From contig NMRA01000267.1 of NCBI GenBank assembly GCA_002633005.1, forward strand, positions 492,976 through 556,975: 64,000 bases of DNA, given 5' to 3'. A program made the translations under genes and the position numbers. Source of the DNA: Phoronis australis. Lineage: Eukaryota > Animalia > Phoronida. Below the pieces are notes generated by a model. The model was not told the origin of the DNA and searched no databases. It saw only the letters and a program-made list of their open reading frames with translations. Below, piece by piece: positions 50,353-61,407 of the stretch. Positions within the stretch are counted from its first letter, which is position 1, and every line of letters begins with the position of its first letter.

Positions 50353-51925
50353 AAGGAAGATGTTACAGATGTACATGTACATATTTCGCCATTTAACCAC
50401 AAGCTATTCTTGCTTGAGTACACGGCACTCAAAATATATATAAACATAGAACTCTAGCCCTGGAACGGCAACTCTGATCTCGCCACTGCTGAGGTTGCGC
50501 CGCGCATGCGGGATACTTGTTTGCACTCGTTTGTTCCGGTGTGCGTACTGGCTATAAAATTTACTGTCATTAAAACATTCGCAACTCCGATATTTTCAAT
50601 CGAATTGCTTAAGAGTCATACAAATAGAACGCCTTTGCCAGTTCTTGATCAGTAATTATCATTTCGCGTACCTGTCTGGTTTAAGAATATTCTTTAATTC
50701 TTAAAACCGGGAGTTTTGGCTAAATGCGAAAAACAACAGCGTGTAATGGTAACATAAAAAGAAAATCATCATAGATGCTATATAAATAACTACTTAAGCC
50801 ATTATCGAAACAATTTCAATGATTCAAAAGATTTCTACCCTATACAAGTTTTAGACTATGGATCCCTGACACTTGCTGGGGTTAGTTTAGTCAGGCATTC
50901 ATCCAAACTTATTGTAGTATAAGATGATCACTTGCTTAGAGAAGTGGTAGGTTGCTTGCAGACGTTTTGACCTGGTCAGCCAGGTCTTTGTCAATGAATG
51001 AGGGGTTTCCCGCTTTTCGCTGGTTAAGAATAATTAAATAAATGGGAGGTAAGTGAAGGCCTCTGGGCAACCGGTAAACATTGCACAAATGATTTTTTAT
51101 AGAAACAACTGCGAGAGTTGGCATCCTAGGTCTAGAGTTCTATGATGTAAACTTTTCCCCCTTCAACTGATCTCACACTATGGCTAGTGCGCTCATGCTG
51201 ACTTTTGAGCTTCTGAACAAGTGCATCGTGAATTTGAAAAGAGTGTTATAATGGAGCGTTCACATATTACGTCATCCAAAACTTGCCACTTTTTACCCCT
51301 CCACCCTTTCATTAGCCGTCATCATGATGTAACTACCCATTCCATCCTCTAATTACGTCATTACAGCCAACTCCCCTGTTTTTGGAATAACCGACAGTTC
51401 GTTGGAAATTCGCCTTTATCATTCTAACGACAAATTAATATCGCTTTATTGTCTAAGTTGCATTTGGTGTTGCACACAGCAGTGAAATAAAATACGCCAT
51501 TTCAACTATCAAACCAAAAATAAGGAACGTGTTGTGGTCGCTTCGTGGTGGCACAACATAAAAAACTAGTGGCAGCACCACTAAACTCCATGGCCGAAAC
51601 AATAAACCCATGACTACATGGCAAGACCTTTCTTCGTGACAAATTTAGTGAAAATGCGGTTCGTTGATTATCCCAGACATGCTTCAGTTAATTGTGGATC
51701 CCCGTCATTTTATTAATTAGTCGTGCACAACTGCGGAAGTGGCATTTAGGGGGTTAAGAATTCCCCGTCTAGTGCGTTCGAGTTACTGTGAGGATCTGTT
51801 CTACTATTGCTTTTGTGCTGGTCTCCTAAAGCTGTCGACACCACGTCTCAGCGACTAGTATTCTACGACAACCAAGGTTGTTAGAGAACTCAATTACGTG
51901 GGGTTTTATAGAAATATTTAAATTT

Positions 51926-52110
51926 GTAGTGGCAGTCGGAGGATATATGTTTGAGCCCGAGTATAGTAAGGAGAATACAAGACAGCTGTTGAGAGGGACG
52001 AGGAAGAGACTGAGGACAGGAATGGTGGGGGACGTCTTGGTGCAAATGTAAGGTGTGCGTAGTTATGCCGACCTCAATGGAATGCCTATGGTGTTCCAAC
52101 TGGATGGTGA
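51926..52110 (+). pseudogene. P2X7 C-terminal ballast-like Cys-rich remnant (Kolobok-associated accessory gene)
   Basis: GYMFEPEYS ... WCKCKVCVVMPTSMECLWC, frameshifted. Confidence 0.7.
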
Positions 52111-52439
52111 CTTGAGCACCCAAACCGCTTACATTCAGCCCTGTGACACCCTCCCACACACCAGGCCCCTTCTAAATAGCTCCAATACTTTAGTCAAGTC
52201 CACAATAAACTTACCAAAGTTTGGCTCACCGGCCTGACCAGTACTGGACGACAAACTGTCCTTCCCACTGGGTGTCGAACTTGACCTGTATTCCCTAACA
52301 CTACTCAACATCGCTGCAAGGCTGCTTAGAAAGCTTTGAGCTGGAGACAACACCAGCACAGGGCAAATCACTGCTATTTCCCAGAATTGCACACTCTGGG
52401 GTACGTTCGGAGGGACGGTTGACAGTAGAAGAAGCGCCT

Positions 52440-52760
52440 CCAGTCACTGTAGAGGCCAAAGCTCGCGAGGCCACTCGCTTAAAAATGCTCTTCTCGGGGT
52501 TGGCGACGTGGCACAGCCGGGAATCAACAGCGACACCATGGCACACTTCCTCTGCGGTTGTTTTGCAGGAACCTTCACCGATTCTTCGAACATACCTTTT
52601 TCGTAATCCAACGGCAGAAAATGCTTGCCACCCACCCAGTAATGGGGCTATTTGGACATTTACATTAACTAGAGAGCGCGCGTGTACTAGTGGTGCCGAT
52701 TTCGCGAGCCCTTCAAATACATGGTGAAATGGCTTGCAGCCGTGCCAACTGAATCTGAGA
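52440..52760 (-). pseudogene. Probable THAP-domain remnant convergent with the P2X7-like remnant
   Basis: FHHVF...GGKHFLPLDYEKGMFEE (CxxHFxxxDY-like), then Ser/Thr-rich sequence. Confidence 0.4.
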
Positions 52761-54287
52761 TTGCGTGAAAAGGGTGCTTCTATATGAGAGGAAGTTAGCA
52801 CGATGTTATACAAAGGTAAGGTTTGTGATTAGTTTAACGATTATTCCATGTTTATTCTGCTGATGCCTGTTAACTGAGGTACTCGCCGAGGTCGACTTCG
52901 CCGCAGTCGGCAGTCGGGTTTGTTGTGATGTGTGTTACGATACTTGACGTAGCACTCGAGATCTGTTCGTACATCAAAGCAGTATTATTAAGGTTTGGAA
53001 TGATTTCTAACAGGTTTATCAGTGACAGTTACATCAATCGATGCTGAATGTTTATGCTGTCAACTCGATATTGGTTAGTGAGTTAAGATTACAATCCAAG
53101 ACCAATGACAAAGAGTTCGTGACAAATATCCACAAGACTATTAACATGTTGAAATGGAAATCTATCATGTCTGTTTTCACGTGACCTTTAGTTTTTAGGT
53201 TTGAGAGCTTGCACCTTGCAGAGGAGAACTGATATGCATCGCTTCTGCACCGTCCCTGAATGGACAAAATTGGTTTTAAGCAGCTGACTACAGCTAACCA
53301 GCAAGATCTTTCCGTCCAGTGCATATCTGTTGTCAAAGCCTACTTTCTATATCGGAGACAACGAACAAAGCGTTTAAAAGGGACAGCTATTTTTAAGTCA
53401 TTTTATTAATTTCCTGATTCAGGTCCTTAGCGCGGGGTTGGCATAGGGGGTTGGGGTTGTAAAATTTGGTGCAACTGAATGTGTGGAAATAACAGATAAT
53501 AGTGTCTGGCGGAAAGAGGATGGTGAGGTAACTCTTAACCTTCATGAAGTTGCTTCAAGTTTATTCCATGAAACTGTTTTGCAATCAGTTGTAAACCCAT
53601 TAAAATATATTACATTTTCTGAATTCTCAGTGACTGAATTGTCTTCACTCATTCCTTGAAACGTTGTAAGTCGTTTATAAATTCAAATTACTGCCATTTT
53701 TGTGAAAATTGAATTTTTGATGGTGCCTTACGATTTGTAATTACTCTTAAACAACAGAAAGATTATCCATCATTTTTTTAAATGACCCATGTCTTCATAT
53801 CTTCTGTTAGAAGAAAAATAAAAAGTCTGAGAAACGGTTCCCTAAGCCTTAGACCAGAAGTATGCTTGAGAGACCCATGAGTCTCTAATCGGAGTTTAAA
53901 ATTCCTGAAAGTATCAAAATAAAAAGGCCTGAAAATGGGTAACAAAGGCTTGAGGTTGTGTCAAATAACTTGCATATTTTGCAGACAGGTGATGCGTTTA
54001 AAAAATTGTCATGGCTACCAATGAAAAAATAAAGACGTAGTTTTATACAATAGACTTATATTATATACACCCTTGTTTTCTGGAAATAGTAATTATTTAA
54101 TTTTGTGTGAATTAAACTGTATAGAAGTCACCATATCATATTTTTGGAAAACAGGGGTAGCATACTTGACACAACCTGGAGTACTTGATTATTCATATTT
54201 CAATATTTGTTCCAGGTCCAGTGATATTTTAAGGCCACTTCAAGACGTAACATAGACAAGCTTTGTTACTCCTTTCTCTTCCCACAG

Positions 54288-54447
54288 CATTTCCACACAC
54301 GAGCAGTGCTGCATGGCACAATGTACAAGTCAGTGGCCCTGGAGAAATGTGAATCGCAGTACTAAGTTACCATAAGACAATGTGCCAGTGGATTGTTTGT
54401 GTTTGAAGAGGAGCTATGTCCGACAGCTACACAAGTCAGCCTCTTTG
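54288..54447 (+). pseudogene. Exon-like remnant of a YqaJ/lambda-exonuclease-like domain
   Basis: Polypyrimidine-CAG acceptor, GTAAGG donor; HTRAVLHGTMYKSVALEKCESQY*VTIRQCASGLFV resembles A..HG..YE..A...Y......GLF. Confidence 0.45.
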
Positions 54448-56149
54448 GTAAGGATGCCCTTTTACATGTAGAGGCTGAATGAGGTTACATGAAGGAAACC
54501 AATTGCCGAAACTGGACCTTTTTACAAGCGCTTCTATAGGCCATTGAAGCTAGATCCTAGTGAAATGAAAACCAAAAGCATCTGGTAAAAATACCTGTCT
54601 TTTCTCACTGAGTGACATTAACTTTCCTTTCAGAAGAAAAGCTTTATACTAATGGTAAAAACTTTTCAATTTGGTACACATTATGGGAAAATGACATTCA
54701 GTGACTGCATCGGTTGTCTTATTGTCTGTAGAAGCCCCGTTAATGTTACACTTTGATGATCTAATAAATTTTTCATCAACAGGCAAGTTTGTCACTAATT
54801 ATTGAAACCACAATATTTCTTTAGTTTTAAAGCCCCATACAGTGCAGTTGTGCTTATTCTTTATAAAGCTGAAATGATTACTGATTACGCTTGCGAATTG
54901 TCATTTTCCTTTTGACCGATAGAAATGTGCAGCGATCAAAATGAAGTATTCCCTTTGTTTGCATTTGATTTGTTTGTGTGTAATTATTTTTAGAGCTTTC
55001 TCAAGAAGGCCTTTGAACAATTTTAAGTTTTGTGCTAACTTGTCTACAACAAAAGTTCCACATGCAAGAAAAGTATGTTTTCAATTGTAGCTAGCTGGAT
55101 AAGAATCTGCTATGCACAAGATTTAAAAATAAACAACTATCAGTGTACATGTATTTAAAAACAAAATGGGAAACTGAACAACCACATACATACAAAGAAA
55201 CAACATTGCTAAAAACAAAATGTATTTTTTCCAATGCAACGGATTCCGTAATCCGGCATATCAAGGGCTGACTTTCTGAATTAGATTCAATTGTCACAGG
55301 TTATTGCTGACGGATTGCTTTTCACTATGTCGAAATGTAAAATAGACAGTCAGACGGCTGGTTTTAGTCGTTTTCTCTCACCCGTAACAGAATAGTCAGA
55401 GAAATATTAGCAAATTATAAAACAAAACACAAGACAAAACTACTTTTGTAGGGCAGAACATACTTGACGTTTCATCTTCATGTTTATATGTAGAAACTAA
55501 TAATCTTTGTACCCAATTCTTATATAAGATCTGAATTAAAATATGTGAAACAGGCTACAAGTTATTTAACAATGTGTATTTTTCATGTGTTTCTGATCTC
55601 AACAAATAAAATTCATTCTAGGTGTCATTTTTTCCAATGCAATATTACGATATTTACTGAATATCTTATTCGCGTAAATTCGGTAACTAATCTGGTAGTC
55701 CTGGGGGTGGGGTCCGCTATAAAATAAGGAAACTCACTCATCTAGAGAATTTTGTTGGACATAGCATAGCTTTGAAGAGAACCTGCTGTGAAAAAGTCAC
55801 CCTTGACTTCTGAGTGTCACGTACCATACATCTCTTATTTTGGGCCCACTCCCATCCAAGACAATATGTGCTGCGAGCCTACCATCCGGGTTCCGGGCGA
55901 GTTTCCGAAAAGAAACCCGTTATTCAGTGGGGTAACTGGTGGGGATAACATCACCGAACGATGTCGATAGAAACTGATTGCGAAGATCTTACCAAGTAAC
56001 GTTATGTAGTCTCTCAATGGAAATGAATAGAGCATCCACATACTTTTTGTCAGTTGGTTGACCCTTTTGACCGCAATTCTCCACGCCTCTAGTAACCTTA
56101 GATATTTTGGGAATTTGTGACCACCTGTCGAAGATTTGCACCAGGGAAA

Positions 56150-56620
56150 ATAGCAGTAGCGCGACGACGTATTTTAATAACAGTTCCGTCTTTTTACCAG
56201 CTGTTTACATGCAGACAGCGACGCATGCGCAATTCAATCAGCACTAGTATAGCAGCGACACCGCGAGGATAATTCTTCGAATAGCCCCATTCTCCACTGC
56301 TTTGTACGTTGCGTGGACGGTAGCCCTGCGTTCTTCACACGAGCGAGCTAAGTATGGCGGAGCGTGTCAACTTTCAGAAAGCGGTTTACTACCATACCGT
56401 GCGCGTGAGACGAGAACGAGTACACCCCGGTACGCAACAACCGTGCGGCAAGTTGACTGACTTGTAAAGAAACGCAAACAACAACCTAACTTATCACAAC
56501 CGAGGTAAAACAATGAGTCAACAGGTCACACAGTCAGACTATACGAAAACAAAGTGGCGGGAAATTCTTAACCCTCTATACGTCACTTCCGGAGCAAGGC
56601 ACGACTAATCAATAAAATTA
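56150..56620. promoter_or_regulatory. CpG-rich candidate promoter upstream of the sulfotransferase
   Basis: Elevated CpG; YY1-like ATGGCGG at ~56354-56360; ETS/CRE composite ACGTCACTTCCGG at 56580-56592; possible donor GAG|GTAAAA at ~56504. Confidence 0.3.
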
Positions 56621-56809
56621 CGGGGAGCCGTTATAAACTGAAAAATAATTCTGGGATAATCAACGAACCGTATTTTTGCTAAAATTGACATGAAACAGTT
56701 TGCTTTCTCCTTCAGCTATGTCAGAGGACGAGTGAGGATACATGTACAATAAGGGTGACCTTTTTATGTGCCCACATATTTATATGCGGGTTCATATGGC
56801 TGTCAAATT

Positions 56810-56966
56810 CAAAAGTATTTGTGACTTAGTTATCATTGCAGTTAGCGGTACCAGTAACTGCAACAGTTTTGTTGTTTTTGTCCATCTATATCCCATCTTT
56901 AACGGATAGGTCGGGTCTGGACCTTTTCCGCGGAGGGAACCCCCGAAACCCCCGGTTATGGGCGTG
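56810..56966. mobile_element. Terminal fragment of the hAT family seen at 44970-45135
   Basis: ACTTAGTTATCATTG.AGTTAGC...TTTTGTTGTT.TTGTCCA...ATCTTTAACG...GGACCTTTTC is shared. Confidence 0.65.
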
Positions 56967-57287
56967 TAAGGTAGGCGTGGCCTAAGTGCATTTGTCGGAA
57001 CAACGCAATCATGAGAAGTCATGAGTAATTGACAGCTGCACAAAATGTATTATATTAAGTGACTACCGTTTGTAGAGAGGATATTTTGATACGTGGACTC
57101 ATTTCTTCTAAGCACTTCCTCTGCATCACATCTCATCAAGTGAGACAGGACAAAGACTGTGAAGTTTTGTGGTTACGCATTTTACAGTTTATACTGTCTT
57201 ATGCACCTACGGAAGGCAAACTAGTCACCTCTTTGACTTAATTTAGACTTCATTCGTGTGTTTTATTGAAATTAGAGATACATCAGT

Positions 57288-58517
57288 ATGACGTTCGCAG
57301 CATATCACTGTTTCTCAGGACTCAAAATATCGTTTCGACTTCGGTTTCGACCTTCTTTTTTGGTCGCAATAACCCTCTGTGTGATTACAACTGCTTGCTT
57401 GATCATTCTACCTTTCTACAACCAGTTTAGATCATATGAAGTGGATATTTGCAGTCGCCAAATGTGCCAACCAAAGACCAATGTCGTGTTTTTGAAGACT
57501 CACAAGACCGGAAGTTGTACCATACAGAACATTTTGTTTCGTCATGGCGACACCAAAAATCTAGTCTTTGCTCTTAGCAAAAACGGTAACAGATTTCATT
57601 GGCCTCGAAAAATCAAACGGTCGTCTGTTCTCCCAGTGTTCTTCAATGAAACGCACATGGAACAATTTAACATTTTGACCCAACACATGCGCTTTGATGC
57701 AGAGCAAGTGAAGTCCTTCATGCCGCATGACAGCGTTTTTGTGACCATTATGCGAGAGCCATCTCGCTTGTTTTCTTCCGCTTTGTACTATTTGCCTATG
57801 TATTACGATACTTGCTTTAATTTGACGACTGCCAACAAGGCCGAGGATTTCGTGGGTAACTTAAAAAGTATTCAACATACCAGACAGCGTATGTGTAAAC
57901 ACCAAAATGGCAGTGTGCCATCTCATGACTTCACTATGTTTGACTTCGGCCTAGATTTAAAGGAATTGGACAATGACACTCGAGTTATTGAGAAAGTGAA
58001 GGAAATAGAGTCACTGTTTTCTTTAGTAATGATCACAGAATATTTTGACGAGTCTTTAGTTCTACTCAAGGAGCAGTTAAATTGGAAGACTAAGGACATT
58101 ATTTACTTCAGGCACAACGTAGTTAAACATTCAAGAAACCGTTTGTCTGAAGGAATCGTGGAGAAACTTAGAGAATGGAACCGTGCGGACACCATCGCTT
58201 ACGATTATTTCACTCAGATTTTACAGAATGAAATGGTGAAATTCGGCCTTGAAAGACTCCGTAAAGAGGTAAAGCACTTAAGAACAATGTGTAAAGAATG
58301 GGAAACGTTTTGCGTTGAGAAGATCGTTATCGGGAAAGAGATGTCGCCGGGTGATCCCAATAGGCCGTTTAACCCCATGGCTGATGGGTACGTTCTGAGA
58401 CGGGAGGCAAGAGATAACGAAACGTGCGTTCAACTGACGAGAGCGGAAAATCCCTACGTGCTTGTGTTGTATAAAAAAATGAAGAAACGCCGTAAATATA
58501 TCGGCACTTTTCTTTAA
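57288..58517 (+). CDS. Galactose-3-O-sulfotransferase family protein (GAL3ST/cerebroside sulfotransferase-like), type II Golgi membrane enzyme
   Basis: Intact 409-aa ORF; N-terminal TM helix LVAITLCVITTACLIILPFY; 5'-PSB VFLKTHKTGSCTIQNILFR; 3'-PB TIMREPSRLFSSALYY; LVMITEYFDESLVLLK..LNW...DI.YF; WNRAD..Y.YF. Orthology to one vertebrate GAL3ST is not assignable by eye. Confidence 0.93.
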   Translation: MTFAAYHCFSGLKISFRLRFRPSFLVAITLCVITTACLIILPFYNQFRSYEVDICSRQMCQPKTNVVFLKTHKTGSCTIQNILFRHGDTKNLVFALSKNGNRFHWPRKIKRSSVLPVFFNETHMEQFNILTQHMRFDAEQVKSFMPHDSVFVTIMREPSRLFSSALYYLPMYYDTCFNLTTANKAEDFVGNLKSIQHTRQRMCKHQNGSVPSHDFTMFDFGLDLKELDNDTRVIEKVKEIESLFSLVMITEYFDESLVLLKEQLNWKTKDIIYFRHNVVKHSRNRLSEGIVEKLREWNRADTIAYDYFTQILQNEMVKFGLERLRKEVKHLRTMCKEWETFCVEKIVIGKEMSPGDPNRPFNPMADGYVLRREARDNETCVQLTRAENPYVLVLYKKMKKRRKYIGTFL

Positions 58518-58699
58518 CAATACCCACCGAGTCGCTTGAAAAACACAAATGTATACTGATTGTTAGTCTGCAAAATGAACCTTCACGGAAAAAAATCTCT
58601 ACGTCCATCACAAGCTGGTTACAGTGTTCTGGATTTTTCATTTTCCGGACCGGTGACTAGAAGGTTTTGCCACTGGACTAACATAGCAATATAAGATGT

Positions 58700-59490
58700 A
58701 TGGTTATTTTATTTATAAACGATCTCGAGCAAGAATTAGATTCCGGTGGTGGTGAAAAAAATTCCATGGGATCAGCTGAATTATTGCATCTGGTGATTGC
58801 TGATGATTTGGTTTTATTTTCTTATAGTGTGAAAGGATTGCAGAAAAAATTGAACATTTTATATGAGTATTGTCAGAAATGAAAACTGATTGTTAACTAG
58901 TCAAAGACTAAGATAATTGTTTTCAGAAAGGGTGGAATGTTACGATCGTATGAAAAATGGACGTATAATAGGAATGCTGTTAATGTTGTAAATGCATATA
59001 AATATTTAGGATTAATGGTTACTACGAAAGGTTCGTGGTCTTGCGCACAGAAAACTCTATCAATACAGGCTGCTATGGCAGTGAATTTAATGAGGAAAAA
59101 TGACAGTGGTTTTAATGCACTCCCTATTAATCTTAGTTTGAAATTATTCGATTGTAAAATCATGACTGCTGATATTTCATAATAGTTGTGAGATCTGGGG
59201 TTTTAGTGATTGTGAATGTAATGAAATAGTCCACACAACATTTTGTAAAGAAATTTCAAATTTGCCGAACACGGCAATTTCATCGGCTCTTAGAGGTGAG
59301 ATGGGTCGTTACTCCTTGATTGCTTACCGACTTCATGGAATTATGAAATATTGATTAAAACTGTTAAAAACAGACGCGTCAAAACTTACATGTACATATC
59401 ACTGCTATGAATGGCAGTACAGGATCACAGAAAATGTTTATAAACCGTGCTGGGTTAATGATGTTAAGACACTGCTATTACAGCACCTTT
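58700..59490 (+). mobile_element. Truncated LINE RT fragment (same broad clade as 5260-10260)
   Basis: LFINDLEQEL...IADDLVLFS..GLQKKLNILYEYC..., KTKIIVFRKGG, YKYLGL, LKLFD, EIWG, RGEMGR; stops present. Confidence 0.85.
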
Positions 59491-60188
59491 AGGATTTTGC
59501 CATTTGCGATCCACACGGTGGGTACATATTATTGTGAGGGTACAAGTCTTTAGCATAGCCTAAAACACCTTTTTGGGTTTGTTCAGTGTAGTCAAATGAA
59601 GATGAAAGAGAACATGGATTACAGGGGTATTCTGGACTGCACTATTAGCGCATAAAAATAATAAGGCACATGCACGTTGCAGCAGTGCATACCCCGACTT
59701 CCCACCCCGGGCGCATCTTTTAAATGCAGCGCTGTTTCAAAAATGCGAAGATTCTGGTCAACTAATAGCATGTCGGGTGAAAACATGAGTTAATTTTGAT
59801 TGCCCTTGGGATTTCTGATTCATATTCTACCAGCTTAATTATATTAAGTCTGCTGGGCACATCGTTTTTAAAAAGGGCATACTTTTTATCATCAGGTGTG
59901 TCCAAAGGGCACAGGTTGAAACCTAGTCAAGTATATCCCTGGGATTATAAGGTAAACTGAAAACTAATAAATAAAACCCCAACTGAGTGGTGCTGTTCAA
60001 AGTGTATATTATTAATTTGTTGGAGCAGCTGTGATTGTTCTGATGTATTTGAGAATTTGAATAAATATCAATCACAATATTCATTTTATATGCTTGGATT
60101 TGTTGTCTATTTGTTTGGTTTATAATCATTTATTTGCATTTTGGATTTTTATGTCACTAAGTCTGAAAGTTTTGTTTCTACCTTTCAA

Positions 60189-61064
60189 ACATGGGTTAAC
60201 AACTACAGAAAAAATATTGGAAAACATACGAGAGACGGAAAACGATTTATCTGAAAGGGAAAAGTGGATACAACCAATTCTGTCATGAAAAGTTTGAGTG
60301 CTATACCTAGATCCTTTTTTGTCCAATTTGCTTCTGAATTACACCTTGAATTTCATATATGCTTTTCTTTACTAAAATGAACAAATTTTTGTTATCTTGT
60401 TGGTAAATAAGACATAACAGCATTATTCGTTAAGCAACTCCCACTTGTTAGGGTGACTTTAAGTTCTTTCTCTACAGAATACTCTGCTAACACTGCTACA
60501 CCACACAATGGCAAATACACAAGATGAAGGGCATTTAATGAAACTGCAAGGCAGATGTATTTATTCTTAATGCATTATTTTATCGTTTTCATATTTGATC
60601 AACAGGTGTTGAAGTTGGGGCTGGAAAGTTCAAATAGTGGGGGGGAATGGAAAAAACTTTTCGAGGATGAGAATATGAAGTACAAAGAAAATACTCTGTC
60701 GCTCCGTCCCCACGCTCAAAGAAAAGCTTATGCAAATTTTTACCCAAACAGTGAGTTTGAGTATTTATTTTGTACTAACTTGTATTCTTAATCATGAACA
60801 AGCAATTGAATTTTATGAGAATCTAGTCCTTTGTGCATTGTACCAATCCTATTAATTATAATCAATCTTGAACAAAAAATAAATTACAAAGCATTGAGAA
60901 CATTTTTTAATTTCAGGTTGAAGACTTGTCGAAATTTGGAGTTAATATAGCTGGTTTTTGGTGGGACTCTTCTGCCGATAAGGTGAACAGCTTTGGGAAG
61001 GCAGCACTGGCATCGTTCTTTGGCAATGTCATGATGGCAGATTTCTATTTGCATGCAACAAAAG
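60189..61064 (+). pseudogene. Decayed spliced gene fragment with homeodomain-helix-3-like and HMG-box-like motifs (exons ~60189-60297, 60606-60750, 60917-61064)
   Basis: TWVNNYRK // KGKSGYNQFCHEK | VLKLG...GEWKKLFEDENMKYKE... | VEDLSKFGVNIAGF...; strong CAG acceptors and GTGAGT donors for the last two exons; frameshifts. Confidence 0.5.
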
Positions 61065-61407
61065 GTGAGTGAATCACAGTTTGTTGTATGCAAGTTGTGT
61101 TTGTTAACCCTTATCCTGCTAACTATTCACACTACTTTCCCTGTGTGCTGAGCTAAGTACATGTAGGTCACCACTGCTCCTGTACACTAAGCTGTTATGA
61201 AGGTCACTTAGACTAGTGACCTAGCAATTTTAAATTGTAAATTTGAAGGGGAAATGTTAATTTTACAGAAAAAAAAGCCCGCATAAAAGTTGTGCAGAAT
61301 TTAATGGAAATTTTCACCATATGTAAATATCCATCATAGCCTTAGTGAAAGTTAACTGATCGACTGTCATCCTGTCACGTCTGGCAGCAGCCATATAATG
61401 AAACTAT

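Noticed and set aside
50188-50457. Three overlapping ORFs across the hairpin
   Set aside because: A by-product of the inverted repeat; the RNA-structure interpretation fits better.
34000-57000. Astacin protease or signal-peptide exons for the mosaic gene
   Set aside because: I looked for HExxHxxGxxH and SIMHY on the minus strand and saw none. The by-eye search was not exhaustive, so no protease is claimed.
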